From: Octopus sinensis
Taxonomy: Eukaryota
Assembly (NCBI RefSeq): GCF_006345805.1
Contig: NC_042997.1
Location: 21,514,001 to 21,578,000, forward strand
Direction: 5' to 3'
DNA: 64,000 nt
This document shows positions 40,261-52,833 of this stretch, in pieces (position 1 is the stretch's first letter; every line of letters begins with the position of its first letter). A model generated the notes under the pieces. That model had not been told where the DNA came from. It did not search any database and saw nothing but the letters and a program-made list of their open reading frames with translations. The translations under genes were made by a program, and so were the position numbers.

Positions 40261-41899
40261 TACGTCAAAGAAACTACTACCAATACCCTTCCATAGTGAA
40301 GTAGATAGTCCACAGTTCAGTTGGTAAAGACTTCAGTTATCCATCGAGGTTTACAATAACAGGACTCACATGGAGCGTACACACTTTCTACTCAAAAACA
40401 GACGTTTCTGCCAGCTCGCCGCCTTGTCAATATGTATATAATGAGGAATAGTATTACCCAAATAAATATTTGGATACGGTTATCTGGAATAGCCTTTCGC
40501 AGAATTAACATGTTCACACAGAACGTGATCAGTATTCCAGATTGTCTATTCGCACAACCATGATAAGAAATCCAAGTTGAGCAAGATTTTAAAACGCACA
40601 AAGGTGTGACGATTGTTAAAAGAGAAGAATAGTAGTCTTAAAAACGTGTAGTGCTATTTTTCCTAGAAAAGAACTCAAATAGAAGGAATTCTTCCATTGT
40701 GAAATTTAGCGTTGCAAATTATGCTTTATTAGACATATTTCAGAAGCTTAAAATGAACATAAAGTTTCTGCAATGGAAGAATGTAAGCAATTTCACTCTG
40801 AAGGTAGATCGAAGCATTTCTTAACAAAACACTTTTATGGAAACAGTACAAAATGACGATCATAATCGAGTATTCGGTGGTATAGAAAAGTATTTCCGCA
40901 AATAATTTCTGCCAGACATGGACATTTGCAAATTGGATCGCGACCAAAATTACTTCTTTGTTGGAAAGGAACAGATGAAGAAAATTACTTTGAAGTTTCA
41001 AGAATTTACTAAGCTATTTATTTGAGTGGAATCTAAATTTTTACAAGAAACGAACTTATTTTTTCTATGAATGTGGAATCATAATTTCCAATACTAGATG
41101 AATTTTCAATGGTAGCACTTCTTTTCTCTTCCCTGTATCTATGTGAATCTGTATTTTAAGCTTCCACGGTAGAAAGCAAAAACAAAATCCTGTATACTTT
41201 TAAGAACGTAGAATTCCCTAATGAACATTATTGACAATTTGTCAGCTCTTATGTACATGAGTTATGTATTGTACTGAAACAATCTTATTTACTCTTAATA
41301 AAGTTTTATCTACTTTGTTTTATATATTCTGAGCGTTAGTTTACCATTTATATTTTTGTTTAGAAGAACTGCTTATACGTTGTGTACTATAGTTTCTTAT
41401 TTATGATAACGAAAGTGAGTTCCGAAAAAGTTCATGTGGTAAAAAGGACTCACAAAAGAAGATACATTGTCTCACACAATCAAAATCCACGACACCAAAA
41501 CGATTCATTTACAACCGGAAAGTAAACAATACAACTCACAATACCTGAATGAATTTACCCACTATCATGAATTGTAAGATTTTTTCCAGTATTGCAACAT
41601 CTACAAGCTGGCCAACAGAAAATCAAAGAATATTTTCGGGTCACTGAAGGACTCAGTCCGCGCCTTCTCACCTCATGCGAGGAGATTTGTAACTAAATCC
41701 CGAAGAATAATCCAACATACTACAACTATTTCCGAATAACAAAATCGCAGATTCCTTGCTCATTTTGACTCCATTTCTTAACTTCTTGTGCACATGCAGC
41801 GACAGATATCCCACATACACTAGACACACACACACAAACAAGCATAAGACAGCTCCCAAAACTTTTCTTTCTCACCTTTCTCATTGTCTCTTGACAAGA

Positions 41900-42322
41900 C
41901 GCAAGAGTGGCTGTGTGGTAAGTAGCAACCACATGGCTCCGGGTTCAGTCCCACTGCGTGGCATTTTGGGCAAGTGTCTTCTACTATAGCCTCGGGTCGA
42001 CCAAAGCCTTGTGAGTAGATTTGGCAGACAGAAACTGAAAGAAGCCCGTCGTATATATATATATATATATGTATATATGCATGTGTGTGTGTGTGTGTGT
42101 TGCGCGTCTGTGTTTGTCTCCGCCCCTGCCTCACCAAAATTGATTGACAACCGATGCTGATGTGTTTACGTCCCCGTAACTTAGTGGTTCGGCAAAAGAG
42201 ACCGATAGAATAAATACTAGGCTTACAAAGAATAAGTCCTGGGGTCGATTTGCTCGACTAAAGTGGTGCTCCAGCATGGCCGCAGTCAAATGACTGAAAC
42301 AAGTAAAGAGAGAGTAAAGAGT
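41900..42322 (+). mobile_element. SINE family B, full-length
   Basis: Head, internal TA/TG tract and (gagtaaa) tail. Confidence 0.9.
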
Positions 42323-44096
42323 ATTATCCCATTAAATAACCTATTTCAAATTAGTTTCTCTCCTTCAAATTTTTTTTCCTAAAGGAATTTTCCCAGTACT
42401 AAGAATACACTCAACCGTGTCATTTGTTTTCACACTGAAAACGCTTCTAACCTCCTCAGCGTGAGGAAACCTTGCAGATAACCACCTTTTTCATGTCAGA
42501 ATTTCTTTTTTCCTTTCTCATTGTGCTCCTTTATAATTACGGCAGAGCCAGATCTGTCAACAACTTCCTTTCACCAAGGTACACAATCAGTGGTCTCTTG
42601 TTCCTTTTTACTTAAGTCAAGTTAATGTTATTTAACTTCATAGCAAAGCAAGGACTACAATTCTATGTTTCCCATTTTGTGCCTCCATTTAACTCACTTC
42701 TCACGGTGACAAATGTATTACAAGACCACTCTACTGTAGACTTTCTTTGACTAATTCTAGTGGTGGTAACATTCAATGATCTTAGATAATTTCCCCATCA
42801 TATTCTGCCTTATCTTCATTGAAGTTCCACGATAAAAGTATCTAAGGACTAGGGAGAAGATATTCAACCCAATCGTGGGCCTACTACCCACTAAACGCCT
42901 TTGAAATTGGTGTTGCTTCCCCATATCACTAGCACCATATAGATAACATTTGAGCTCACTCTATTCTGGGCTAAGTTGAGTTAATTAGCTGTCTTTTTAT
43001 AATTGTAAAAGTCATGTTTCGTCAGAGCCATGGTGTTTGAAAACTAAAAAGGAAATAGAATCTTAATTCAATTGCTGAGACAATTATAAATCATAAAAAA
43101 GTTACGTTTATGTTTCTAAATGATAACTTGAACGAATTAGTCGAAGGTCACTATTTCCACTGTCAAAATATCGAGAGAAGCTCTTGCAACAAAACCATAC
43201 CATAGCATCGAAAGTCAAAATCAAGACAGATACAACCGTTAGTAAAAAAAAAAAAAGCAAGCGTACTTTGGGTTCCGAAATAATTACAGACCTTCTGTGT
43301 AGATCTATGAAAGACATGCACTCAGCGAGGGAATGATAAGACGTTAACTATACAGGATCATTATTTAAGAAGAGTGTTCGATTCAGGTGATATTCTCACA
43401 TATTATTAGTTTTCATATCGATTAATTGTATGTTTGCTTAAAAAGACGCTGTACACACCTTTAGAACTTTAAAAGTAATAGTAAATCTGATTAAAAATAT
43501 GCATATCTGCAGTTTAAGTTTACGTATGCTTTATGATATCGTCGTAATAATCAATTGCTGTAGCAGAAAAGGAAGAATAAGATGTTAGAAAATTATTTAA
43601 AAAGAAAACAAAAACGGCAAAGAAACTATTAACTGCACTTTGTTTTGTATTTAACGTCGACATAAAATTGCTAATAGTTTAAAGGGTGTCATATGCACTA
43701 TACTATATAAATGTTCCTATATGTCTGTACGTTTAAGAGAAATAAATTAAAATATAAATAAATAAGCAAGAGCAAATTGCTCTCGGAAATTACGATAGGC
43801 CCTCGGGAGTAAAAGGTAGAGTTCACATGGAACCAGCAGTAGAGTGTTAGCTCACAAGTTGAGCACAATTATCCATAAAGGTTACACCTTAGCTGATATC
43901 AGTGGCTTGCTGCTGCACGTCTGACAGAAGATACAAAAAAGAAAACACAACACAATACATAGGAGAAAAAGTTTACATATACATATATATGTCGTGTCAA
44001 ATGTCTGTTTGCACCAAAAATACTGAGAGGAAAAGTTAATCGTTCTTGTCCTGTGTAGCTTCAAAGGACATCGTATTATCCAGTAGGAATTACACT

Positions 44097-44196
44097 ATGG
44101 TTCTTCGGTTTGGACAAATTCTACGCTTCATCGGATTGAAACGATTGATTATCACACTATTGCTTATTATGTCTTTATATGGCCTAAGTATTGCCG
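44097..44196 (+). CDS. Candidate first coding exon: signal peptide or membrane anchor (MVLRFGQILRFIGLKRLIITLLLIMSLYGLSIA|G)
   Basis: Acceptor-like ttcttgtcctgtgtag ending 44058; ATG 44097; basic then hydrophobic peptide; phase-1 donor G|GTAAGA at 44197; TE-poor neighbourhood. Confidence 0.35.
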
Positions 44197-45640
44197 GTAA
44201 GATTTGGTTTCCACTTTATAAATCCAACATTATATGGATCATACTTACAGCTATTTTGTTCTTTGATCTTTGATCTTGTTTATAAAATTATTTTCTCTAT
44301 GTTTATTTTAAACAGTGACATTGATTAAGCCTAATGTTGCTTGACTAATCATGCGATTCAATTCTGATATTTCATGAAATAAAATATAATAATTTTAAAT
44401 ATTTTTCAAGAATAACGATTTAATTTTAACATATTAGATGAGTAACACAAAACAGGAATACCTTATCATCAAATTTTCTTCGTAGCAGGAAAAGAAAACT
44501 TAGCTTAAAATGTTGTGTGAGTAGAGAATTTTTCATATACTTTGTAAAACTCCATTCCAAAATTACTACTGACCAAGCTAAGTATTTAATATTGTTGCAT
44601 TCAATATTATCTGAGATTATAAAATTGTATATTCCGAATATTATATCAACTCTAAAGTAGACTATGTTTGCAAATAAATTTATTTTGTTAGAATACATAA
44701 TGCAAAAACATTGAATTGATGAGCTACAAATATTCTTACACTAATATAAGTAATATTTTTGTTTTGAAAATATCTTTATAATACACGATTACAAATGTTA
44801 TCAAATTTGAGAATGTTTCTATGCTTTAAATTAACCTTAGCAGTATGTAACAGTAATTAACATTAGTTAACATAAGCAATACAACACACTAACCTTATGC
44901 GACTGTCTTATATAGCTTTTTTGCTGTCTATTCTTTTTCTTATTTCATTTATCCTGCTTCACAGTAACTTGACGTTATATTAAATGCACACCTTGCTTTG
45001 CATCTGTTTTATAATATCTGACCAATTCAATACATTTGAAAACTATACGTATCGATTATTGATAATGTATCCTCTGGTTTTGGCTGAATTGCCCCCTATT
45101 ATCTATTTGGAATTTATCGCTTGTAAGAAATTTTCTGAACAATAAAAAATGGTAGATTTGCTCTATATCTGATAATAGAGGATAATTAAGGACCAAAGAA
45201 CTGGGATATGTAGAAAGAACTATAAATTGAAGCAATTGCTTTACAGCAGAGTTAATGATACAATTTTTTAAATGATACATTAGCAATATAGACACACGCC
45301 CATGCACCAGACTAATATTAACAGGTTTATATGCATACACGCACAAATGCGTTCATGTGTATGTGTGTGTCTGAGAGAGATAGGGAGTGTTTATTTGTGT
45401 GTATGTAGGCGCATTCTGGTTGGGTAGTTAAATTCGTTTCGCAGCCACGAGGTCCTGCGATCGATCCTACTATGTGGATTCTTGGGTAAATGTAGTTTTC
45501 TATAGCTTCGTGTCGACTTCTAAATTGTGGTTAGACGGAAACTGTTTAGATCATCGTCATACAGACTGTATCTGTAACTCAAAATGTACAACCTTGTCAC
45601 ACATTCCGTCACGGTGATTCTGCCTTAGAATTATGTAAAA

Positions 45641-46130
45641 GGCGGCAAGCTGGCAGAAACGTTAGCACGCCGGGCGAAATGCTTAGCGGTATTTCGTCTA
45701 CCGTTACGTTCTGAGTTCAAATTCCGCCGAGGTCGACTTTGCCTTTCATCCTGTCGGAGTCGACAAATTAAGTACCAGTACGCACTGGGGTCGATATAAT
45801 CGACTTAAACCCGTTTCTGTCCTTGTTTGTCCTCTCTGTGTTTAGCCCCTTGTGGGTAGTAAAGAAATAGATTCTGCTTTAGAATTATGTAAAAGGCGGC
45901 GAGCTGGCAGAGACGTTAGCATGCCGGGCGAAATGCTTTGTGGTATTTCGTCCGCCGCTGCGTTCTGAGTTCAAATTCCGCCGAGGTTGACTTTTCTTTT
46001 CATCCTTTCGGGGTCGATAAATTAAGTATCAGTTACGCACTAGGGTCGTTGTAATCGACTTAATCCGTTTGTCTGTCCTTGTTTGTCCCCTCTATGTTTA
46101 GCCCCTTGTGGGCAATAAATAAATAAGAAT
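45641..46130 (+). mobile_element. Two head-to-tail SINE family A copies sharing duplicated flanks
   Basis: Copies start at 45641 and 45895; 25-bp flank repeated at 45616-40 and 45870-94; agaattatg again at 46126-34. Confidence 0.92.
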
Positions 46131-47699
46131 TATGCTAATGGTGTACCTTTCTTTTAAATGTTCTGCCATTTACACATTAATTCAGGATCAGGTAATTCAG
46201 TTGATTGAACATCTAATTCATCATCGTCGAATGACGGAAACCCACCGTGACCACATGTGTGTGCGCGCGCGCGCGCGCGTGTGTGTGTATTTGTGTGCGG
46301 GGGAGCAAATGTTATCTTTCCAATTTCGTTTTCTTTTCCTGTCTAGTTTCCACTCCTAGACTTCTTGAGTGTTCCTTGTTTTGTTGTACTTGATTGTTTG
46401 TTTCAGTCTTTACTTTTATTTGTGTTTGTTTTGACCCAACCTCTCTTCAAAGTTAACCCTTCCCTTTTTGTTATGTAACCATTTTCATGTCTCACGAACG
46501 TACTACATTTTTAGTTTATTCAAATTTTCTTCCAAATTTAAAACCAAAACCAGAAACCTAATGATAAATTTTTTGCGATTCTCAAAGAGAAGAGAGAATT
46601 TCAGAAAATTAAGAATAAATTTTGTAGTTAATTTTCGTATGTTAAAGAAACTGACCAGAATTTTCAATAAAATATTTTAAATACCTTATACTCAAATAAC
46701 GAAGATCAATTTACGAAGCCATTAACTTTGAAATAGAACTATAAATGCTTGATATCACGTTCTCATAATTACTGTCACGTCTTTAGTTATTCATTTTCTT
46801 TGGCATTCATGAAACATTCACAATTGTAAATTTATCAAAATCAAAGTTCAAAGTTTCGCTCTGAAAAAAAAAACACATTTAATGAATACAAGTAATATAT
46901 CATCAAAAATGTATGTAAACACATTTTCACATATTTTGCTAATACTGTTCTAAGTTCAACAAATCTCGCCATCAATGAGGTGGGGGGTGGGTTTTATATT
47001 GAATCCTTCTAGAGTCGATAAAGCAGGTACTAGATAAAGTAATTATCGACTTTTTCAACCCTTTAGCGAAAAGAGAGTTTCGTGTGTGTGTGTGTGACAA
47101 AACTGCTATATTTCTTAGAACTCGTTATGTATTCAAACTGCTTGTCCCTAGGGGACACTTTAAAAATTACTCCCAAACCTATTTCCGTTTGTCACCATCT
47201 GGTGTCCAGGTCATTTCAGTCTTAGCGTTCCTAGTGGTCGACAAGCAAAATGTATAGTCCTCCAAACGAAACATATAGCATTAGGATGTTTGCTACGCAG
47301 AAGAATTTCTTCATTTATGAATCTGTCTCACCATATTACGTTGGGAATTTTCCGTCGGTATCGTTCGTGGAACGGGTCAAGCTTCTTTGTAATCTTTGCT
47401 AGCATTTTCCACGTTTTGCTATTATACAAAACTGTTTGCTTCTATAAAATACCACACCTTTTCAAATTACAACGTTTGTCTGGCTATAGAGTTTGAGGTA
47501 AGATAATAGTTCGTAACAGAGGTATAAGACATCGTTCCCTAGCTCATGACTATTACTTTATTTTATTCACCCCGAGATATGAAGGGCAAAGTTAACCCTT
47601 AGCAGTATTTTAATTCAGAACGTAAAGCACTGTAAGACAGTTTGTCCGAAGCATTTTTTATTTTGTCAATAATAAAAGAAAATTCATAACACAAATTAA

Positions 47700-47835
47700 A
47701 GACAAATATGGAACTTATTTCCTTGACCCCCAAAAGGCAGAAAGATAAAGTCGACCTCGGTGGAATTTGGACTCAGAGCATAAAGCTGGACGAAAGGCAT
47801 TTTCCCCGGCGTGCTAACGATTCTGCCAGTTCATC
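47700..47835 (-). mobile_element. SINE family A, diverged
   Basis: aaagtcgacctcggtggaatttggactcagagc...cggcgtgctaacgattctgccag. Confidence 0.75.
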
Positions 47836-47949
47836 ATCTTGAATTTCTTTTTTTCTGCCCACGCATATTTTTAACTTTGGAATTCACTTCAGTATTCTTT
47901 CTCTCTCCGTCATTCTAGTCTTATCAATATAAATGTCTAGACTACAATG

Positions 47950-48460
47950 TTTTTACTAAATTAGTAATTAGTAGCAAAAGATCAGGAAATGTCTAAGCAG
48001 TTATTTTCACACATTGCCTCGAAATCTGAAAAATATAAGCGCGGTCACCGTTTGATAATTATTCCAATAACTTCAAAGAAATTTGGCAGTTGAAAAAGCT
48101 TGTAGCAGATAATGTTGTGAACGACTTGGACAACTTGAACGGAAATGTGGGTAAAACAGGAATGAAAGTGATATGGTCTGTAGCATTGGCAATATTTCAG
48201 TAAATACAGCAAATATGGACAACAACACATATTTGCATTGCAGTAGGAGATCCAATTTTTAGTGCAACAATTCTGCCAGTAGTTCTGTATGACGGGGAAA
48301 AGTGGAAAATTGGTCAAGAACCTCGACACATTTCATGAACTATACCTGCAAAAGATCCGAAAATTATCTGAGGAAACAGAATCACAAATCAAAAGATTCT
48401 TCTGTGAATTAAACCCCATCTGCTGCAAACCAACAAGATGCTGTAGCTGGTTCGTCTAGC
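47950..48460 (+). mobile_element. RTE-clade LINE post-RT remnant
   Basis: AIFQ*IQQIWTTTHI...FSATILPVVLYDGEKWKI...NRITNQKIL resembles RTE C-terminal motifs. Confidence 0.55.
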
Positions 48461-49959
48461 TAGTGGATTATATTTTCTGCCTACTTATCTCTCGTCATGC
48501 AAAAACTGTAATGAACTGAGTACATTCAGAAAGAAAACAGAAAATGGGCAGCCCAAAAGCAATTGAGGCCGAAAACTCCAGAAAAATCCCAAACGCATAA
48601 GAACCAATTGGACAGGTAGATTGACCACGCTGGTTGATTGCTACTTTATGTGTCTCACAGTAAATGTTGACTTTAGGCAAAGACTCTTAAAGATATTAAG
48701 AAATAATGATAATTTGTCATTGATGATGCAACATATATTATACGTAAATTAGCGGGGTTTACCAGTGGGGTTTACTGACCTCTGCAAAGTTATGCAATAA
48801 CTCGGTGTGCTGAGTCTTTGCCCTCAGAAAGGAAGATAATTCTAATTTTCATAAAAAAATACATTTTAAAATAATTAGTAAATTCTGTTACGTTAATTTC
48901 TACGCATTTTTAAAGATAAAATGCCCATGACAAATTGCAAAAAGCTTTAGCCAACAAAAAGAGAGGGGGAGAGAGAAAGAGACAGAGAGAGAAAGAGAGA
49001 GAGTATGTATGTGTGTGTACTTATGTGTATGTGTTGCTGTGTGTGTGTGTGCTTATGTGTGTATGTTGTTCCGTGTATGTGTGTGTGTGTGTGTGTGTCC
49101 CCAATCCGATGGATTATTGAACAAGTGGTCGATGATTACATTTTTTAATGGTGCTGTATGTGCCCCTGGTTAATAAAGCTTTCAACAGTAGGCTGCACGT
49201 ATCTCTTATATATACCGTAATTTATATAATTTACTGGTGCAAACAACGGTGGTGGTAAAGAATGACAAGTGAATCGCTGACTTGCAATGCCGGTGTCATT
49301 CCTGCCACAGGAATAAAATTACTTGTGATAGAGCAATGTTTTATGCAGATAAATGTGTCTGCAATCAGCTTAAAGCGACAGGAACTAGAATTAAACACTT
49401 ATCCAATTTCTTGTAAATCAGAAAGCAATAAAAGCATAATAAGAATGATTCTAGAGGTCACTTTACAGTATGAACCAGTTGAAGTAATATATTCTACAAC
49501 AAACGCTAATATATTCCATAGCCTACATACGTCTCCGGCTCTAGGTTGACCTACTAAAATGCAAGTCGAACTCATCATCTGGGTCAGTTTCAACCGTAGG
49601 TTAATACTTCCCTTTCCTGGTAAAGCACCACAAATCTCTGAAGGTGGATTTTTTTTCTGTGTGTGTGTGTGGAGTTGGTGGGAGATTACGATAATTACAT
49701 GTAATATAGCTCGGTGGATGTTTAGGAGCGTTAGATTACGGGGTTTCTCAATGTAAGGCACGTAATTATGATAAAATGTCAAACTCATTCCCCAATAAAT
49801 GGCATACAGTGGATTAATTTGAAATGAATTCTACAATGATCAGTGATTTACAAATAACTGGAAATACAAAATACATTTGTCGTAATGTTTTTCTTCAAGA
49901 CTTTCTATATATTTTGTTTCTCCACTAGACTTTACCTCCTCATTACTACTACTGCATTT

Positions 49960-50217
49960 CCGTTCTTATTATTTTGTTTTTGGATTTGGTTTGCAAGATT
50001 CTTTATATGAGTTTGTGTGTTGAAGCATATTCTGTTGTGTCTGGGGAGAGTCATTTTCTTTTTGTGCCTTATAATGTAACACACTCACTATTCAAAAGGT
50101 TGCAAGACGCAACGAAAATTTTAGGAAAATAAAAATAAGAAATATGTGGAAATTTTACCGGTGAGTGTGTTACATTATAAGGCACAAAAAGAAAATGACT
50201 CTCCCCAGACACAACAG
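49960..50217. repeat. Fold-back (57-bp arms 50032-50088 / 50161-50217) of a short repeat with a degenerate hammerhead-like motif at 50088-50124; relative at 52833-52990
   Basis: ctgttgtgtctggggagag...acactcac / gtgagtgtg...cagacacaacag; CTA-TTCAAAA-G-GTTGC(AAGAC)GCAAC-GAA-AATT-T-TAG. Confidence 0.8.
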
Positions 50218-50245
50218 TTCTTATTATTCATTTACTTAAAAAAAA

Positions 50246-50434
50246 GGCGAACGGGCAGAATCGTTAGCACGCCGGACCAAAGGCTTAGCAGCATTGCTTC
50301 CGGCTTTATGTTCTGTGTCCTAATTCCCTTGAGGTCAATTTTCATCCTTTTGAAGATCGCTGAAATAAGTTCCAGTCAATCGCTGAGGTGATGTAATCGA
50401 CTAGCTCCTGTCTCACAATACTACAGCACTTTGT
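50246..50434 (+). mobile_element. SINE family A variant; inverted partner at 51145-51340
   Basis: Shares private substitutions with the partner copy. Confidence 0.85.
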
Positions 50435-51144
50435 GCCTATAGTTAGAAGAATAGATTATCTGTCTATAGAATAGAGTTGTGGATTGGAGTAACGGGTCAG
50501 CGTTCGGCCGAAATACCTTGTGCATTTAGTTTTACTTTGCAGATCTGACTACTATTGATTTTGCCGTTCATTTCTCTGCAGTTGATATGAATGCCCGATA
50601 TTGTTGTACATCTTATTTGTGATGGTGGTGGCAGGATCTATAGGTCTTTCTTCGTCGAACGAACCTATGATGGAAGTCATTGTGGGTATGAGCAACTCGT
50701 CCCTTACTTTCAGTATAATTTAATCTCAGAATACATTATTTCGATTGAGTTCCCAGTTGTTGTTTTTTTTTTGTTTTTTATCAAAGATTTTAAAGATTGA
50801 TTTGTGAGAGATTTATTTGCTATTTCTAGCTTGTTGAGTAAGCGTATAGAGGACCTCTAGTCGGCTTCCTTGTGAAGATGCAGACATAAACCATCAGCTC
50901 AGATATAAAAACATCATATTCATCACACATGTGTTAACATATCTCTTTGAAATATATTTAAATTTATGCTCAGTAGTTTAGCTGATAAATCGACACCAGA
51001 ACTTCTACGAATTTCATTTGTGTGAGAAAAATAGTGATGTAATCAAGAGACGAAAAATCATCTGTTCTATTGATAACATTACTGAATTCAGAAATTATTG
51101 AAGGCTTTATGAGTTTACAATAATATTGAAGGCTTTATGAGTTT

Positions 51145-51340
51145 ACAAAGTGCTGTAGTATTGTGAGACAGGAGCTAGTCGATTACATCACCCCAGCGAT
51201 TGACTGGAACTTATTTCATCGATCTACAAAAGGATGAAAATCAAAAATTGACCTCGAGGGAATTAGGACACAGAACATAAAGCCGGAAGTAATGCTGTTA
51301 AGCCTTTGATCCGGCGTGCTAACGATTCTGCCCGTTCGCC
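51145..51340 (-). mobile_element. SINE family A variant; inverted partner at 50246-50434
   Basis: Near reverse complement of 50246-50434. Confidence 0.85.
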
Positions 51341-51507
51341 TTTGGGAATAGTTTTTTCAATAATACGTGGTAAACTTTTCCTACTTTATTGTGCACATCT
51401 ATCTACCTGTCTATCTGCTTGTCTGTCTCCATGTATGTGTGTGTGTGTTACCTCACACACATATATTCATTGTAAACTCTCTCTCTCTCTCTCTCTCACA
51501 CTCTTTG

Positions 51508-51543
<36 letters not shown>

Positions 51544-51664
51544 TTCAGTAAAAGCAATTAAGATTCAAGTGAGTTCTATTGAATTCACTTGAATGCGGTA
51601 CTTCACTTAGATGCACCAGAAAACTATATGGTATTAACCATACAATAATGTGGTGTGATTATAA

Positions 51665-52077
51665 ACAAGAAAAAAGCAACAAGAATGGATTAGTTTTTCA
51701 GTACAATTGTTTCATACGAAGACAAGCTTTATTAAAAGCTGCAAATATTGCAGCAAATACAAGTGTCCCGTACTCATCAGCCAAAACACATATGAGTTCT
51801 CCAAGCATCTTAGTGGGTGAAGCTACACTCATGAAGTATCGGAGATAGTTCTATAAAAAGCAAATTTAGATTGTAAGTAGACTTCCAGAGTTCTCTAATG
51901 ATGATGTACAGTCTTATAACAGGCTTTAAAAAAGCTTGTTAGATTCACAGAAAAGGTGAATCCATCCATAATGTAGGTGCAAATTACCGGAGCTTATTTG
52001 CAGCTTTTAATAAAGCTTGTCTTCGTATGAAACAATTGTACTGAAAAACTAATCCATTCTTGTTGCTTTTTTCTTGT
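51665..52077. repeat. Perfect 83-bp inverted repeat (51665-51747 / 51995-52077) at a (TA)n edge
   Basis: Arms match base for base on manual comparison. Confidence 0.92.
51693..51787 (-). ncRNA. Type I hammerhead candidate with extended helix II
   Basis: Minus strand GTTTTGG-CTGATGA-GTACGGGACA...TGTCTTCGTAT-GAA-ACAATTGT-A-CTGAAAAAC; canonical core, palindromic helix III, GUA. Confidence 0.65.
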
Positions 52078-52079
52078 AT

Positions 52080-52106
52080 ATACACATATACATACATATA
52101 TATATA

Positions 52107-52155
<49 letters not shown>

Positions 52156-52173
52156 TATATATATGTGTATGTA

Positions 52174-52230
<57 letters not shown>
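52080..52230. repeat. (TA)n microsatellite
   Basis: Direct. Confidence 0.97.
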
Positions 52231-52231
<1 letters not shown>

Positions 52232-52779
52232 CTGAAAAGGCATTATTCTGTTTGTATTGTATCGTTTTCGTACTCTATACGTATTGTTATTGCTTCAGAA
52301 TATTGTACAGCCGTAAGGCATTTTCTTTTTCGACCTGCTGCTGACCCAACCAGACACTTTGTATTCCGTCCGTCAAGGACTTTTTCCACTTCTTTGCGCT
52401 ACCTCACTGCCTTGATAACCGAAAAGGCCTTTTCTGTTTGTTCTGTATCGTTTTAGCACTCTATACGTATAGTTATTGCCTTTGCTTATTGCACAGCTGT
52501 AAGGCATTTTCTGTAATGTATAACGTTATTTTGTCCTGTCCTCGCATTCATCCGCCACTATTTTCCTGTGGCTCTATGCTCTGGCGCTCCCATTTGATAA
52601 CAGTGGTCTTGGTTTAAATAGCGCGAAGCCACTATTTTCCCTTTCTCTGTCTAACTGAATGTATATATATATTGGCCTGCTCGCGTAGCCAACAAGGTGG
52701 TGTCATTTGAAGGCTAAAACAATGCGAAGCGCATTGTGACCAGCGATTTGTAGCCTGGTCGGTCACGGTGATCACGGTG

Positions 52780-52833
<54 letters not shown>

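Noticed and set aside
41668-41859. Possible minus-strand exon ending at a GAG|GTGAGA donor-like site
   Set aside because: A single donor-like motif with no recognisable peptide; insufficient.
49262-49788. Overlapping 95-aa (+) and 129-aa (-) non-repetitive ORFs
   Set aside because: No recognisable family, motif or splice sites; a BLASTX would be needed.
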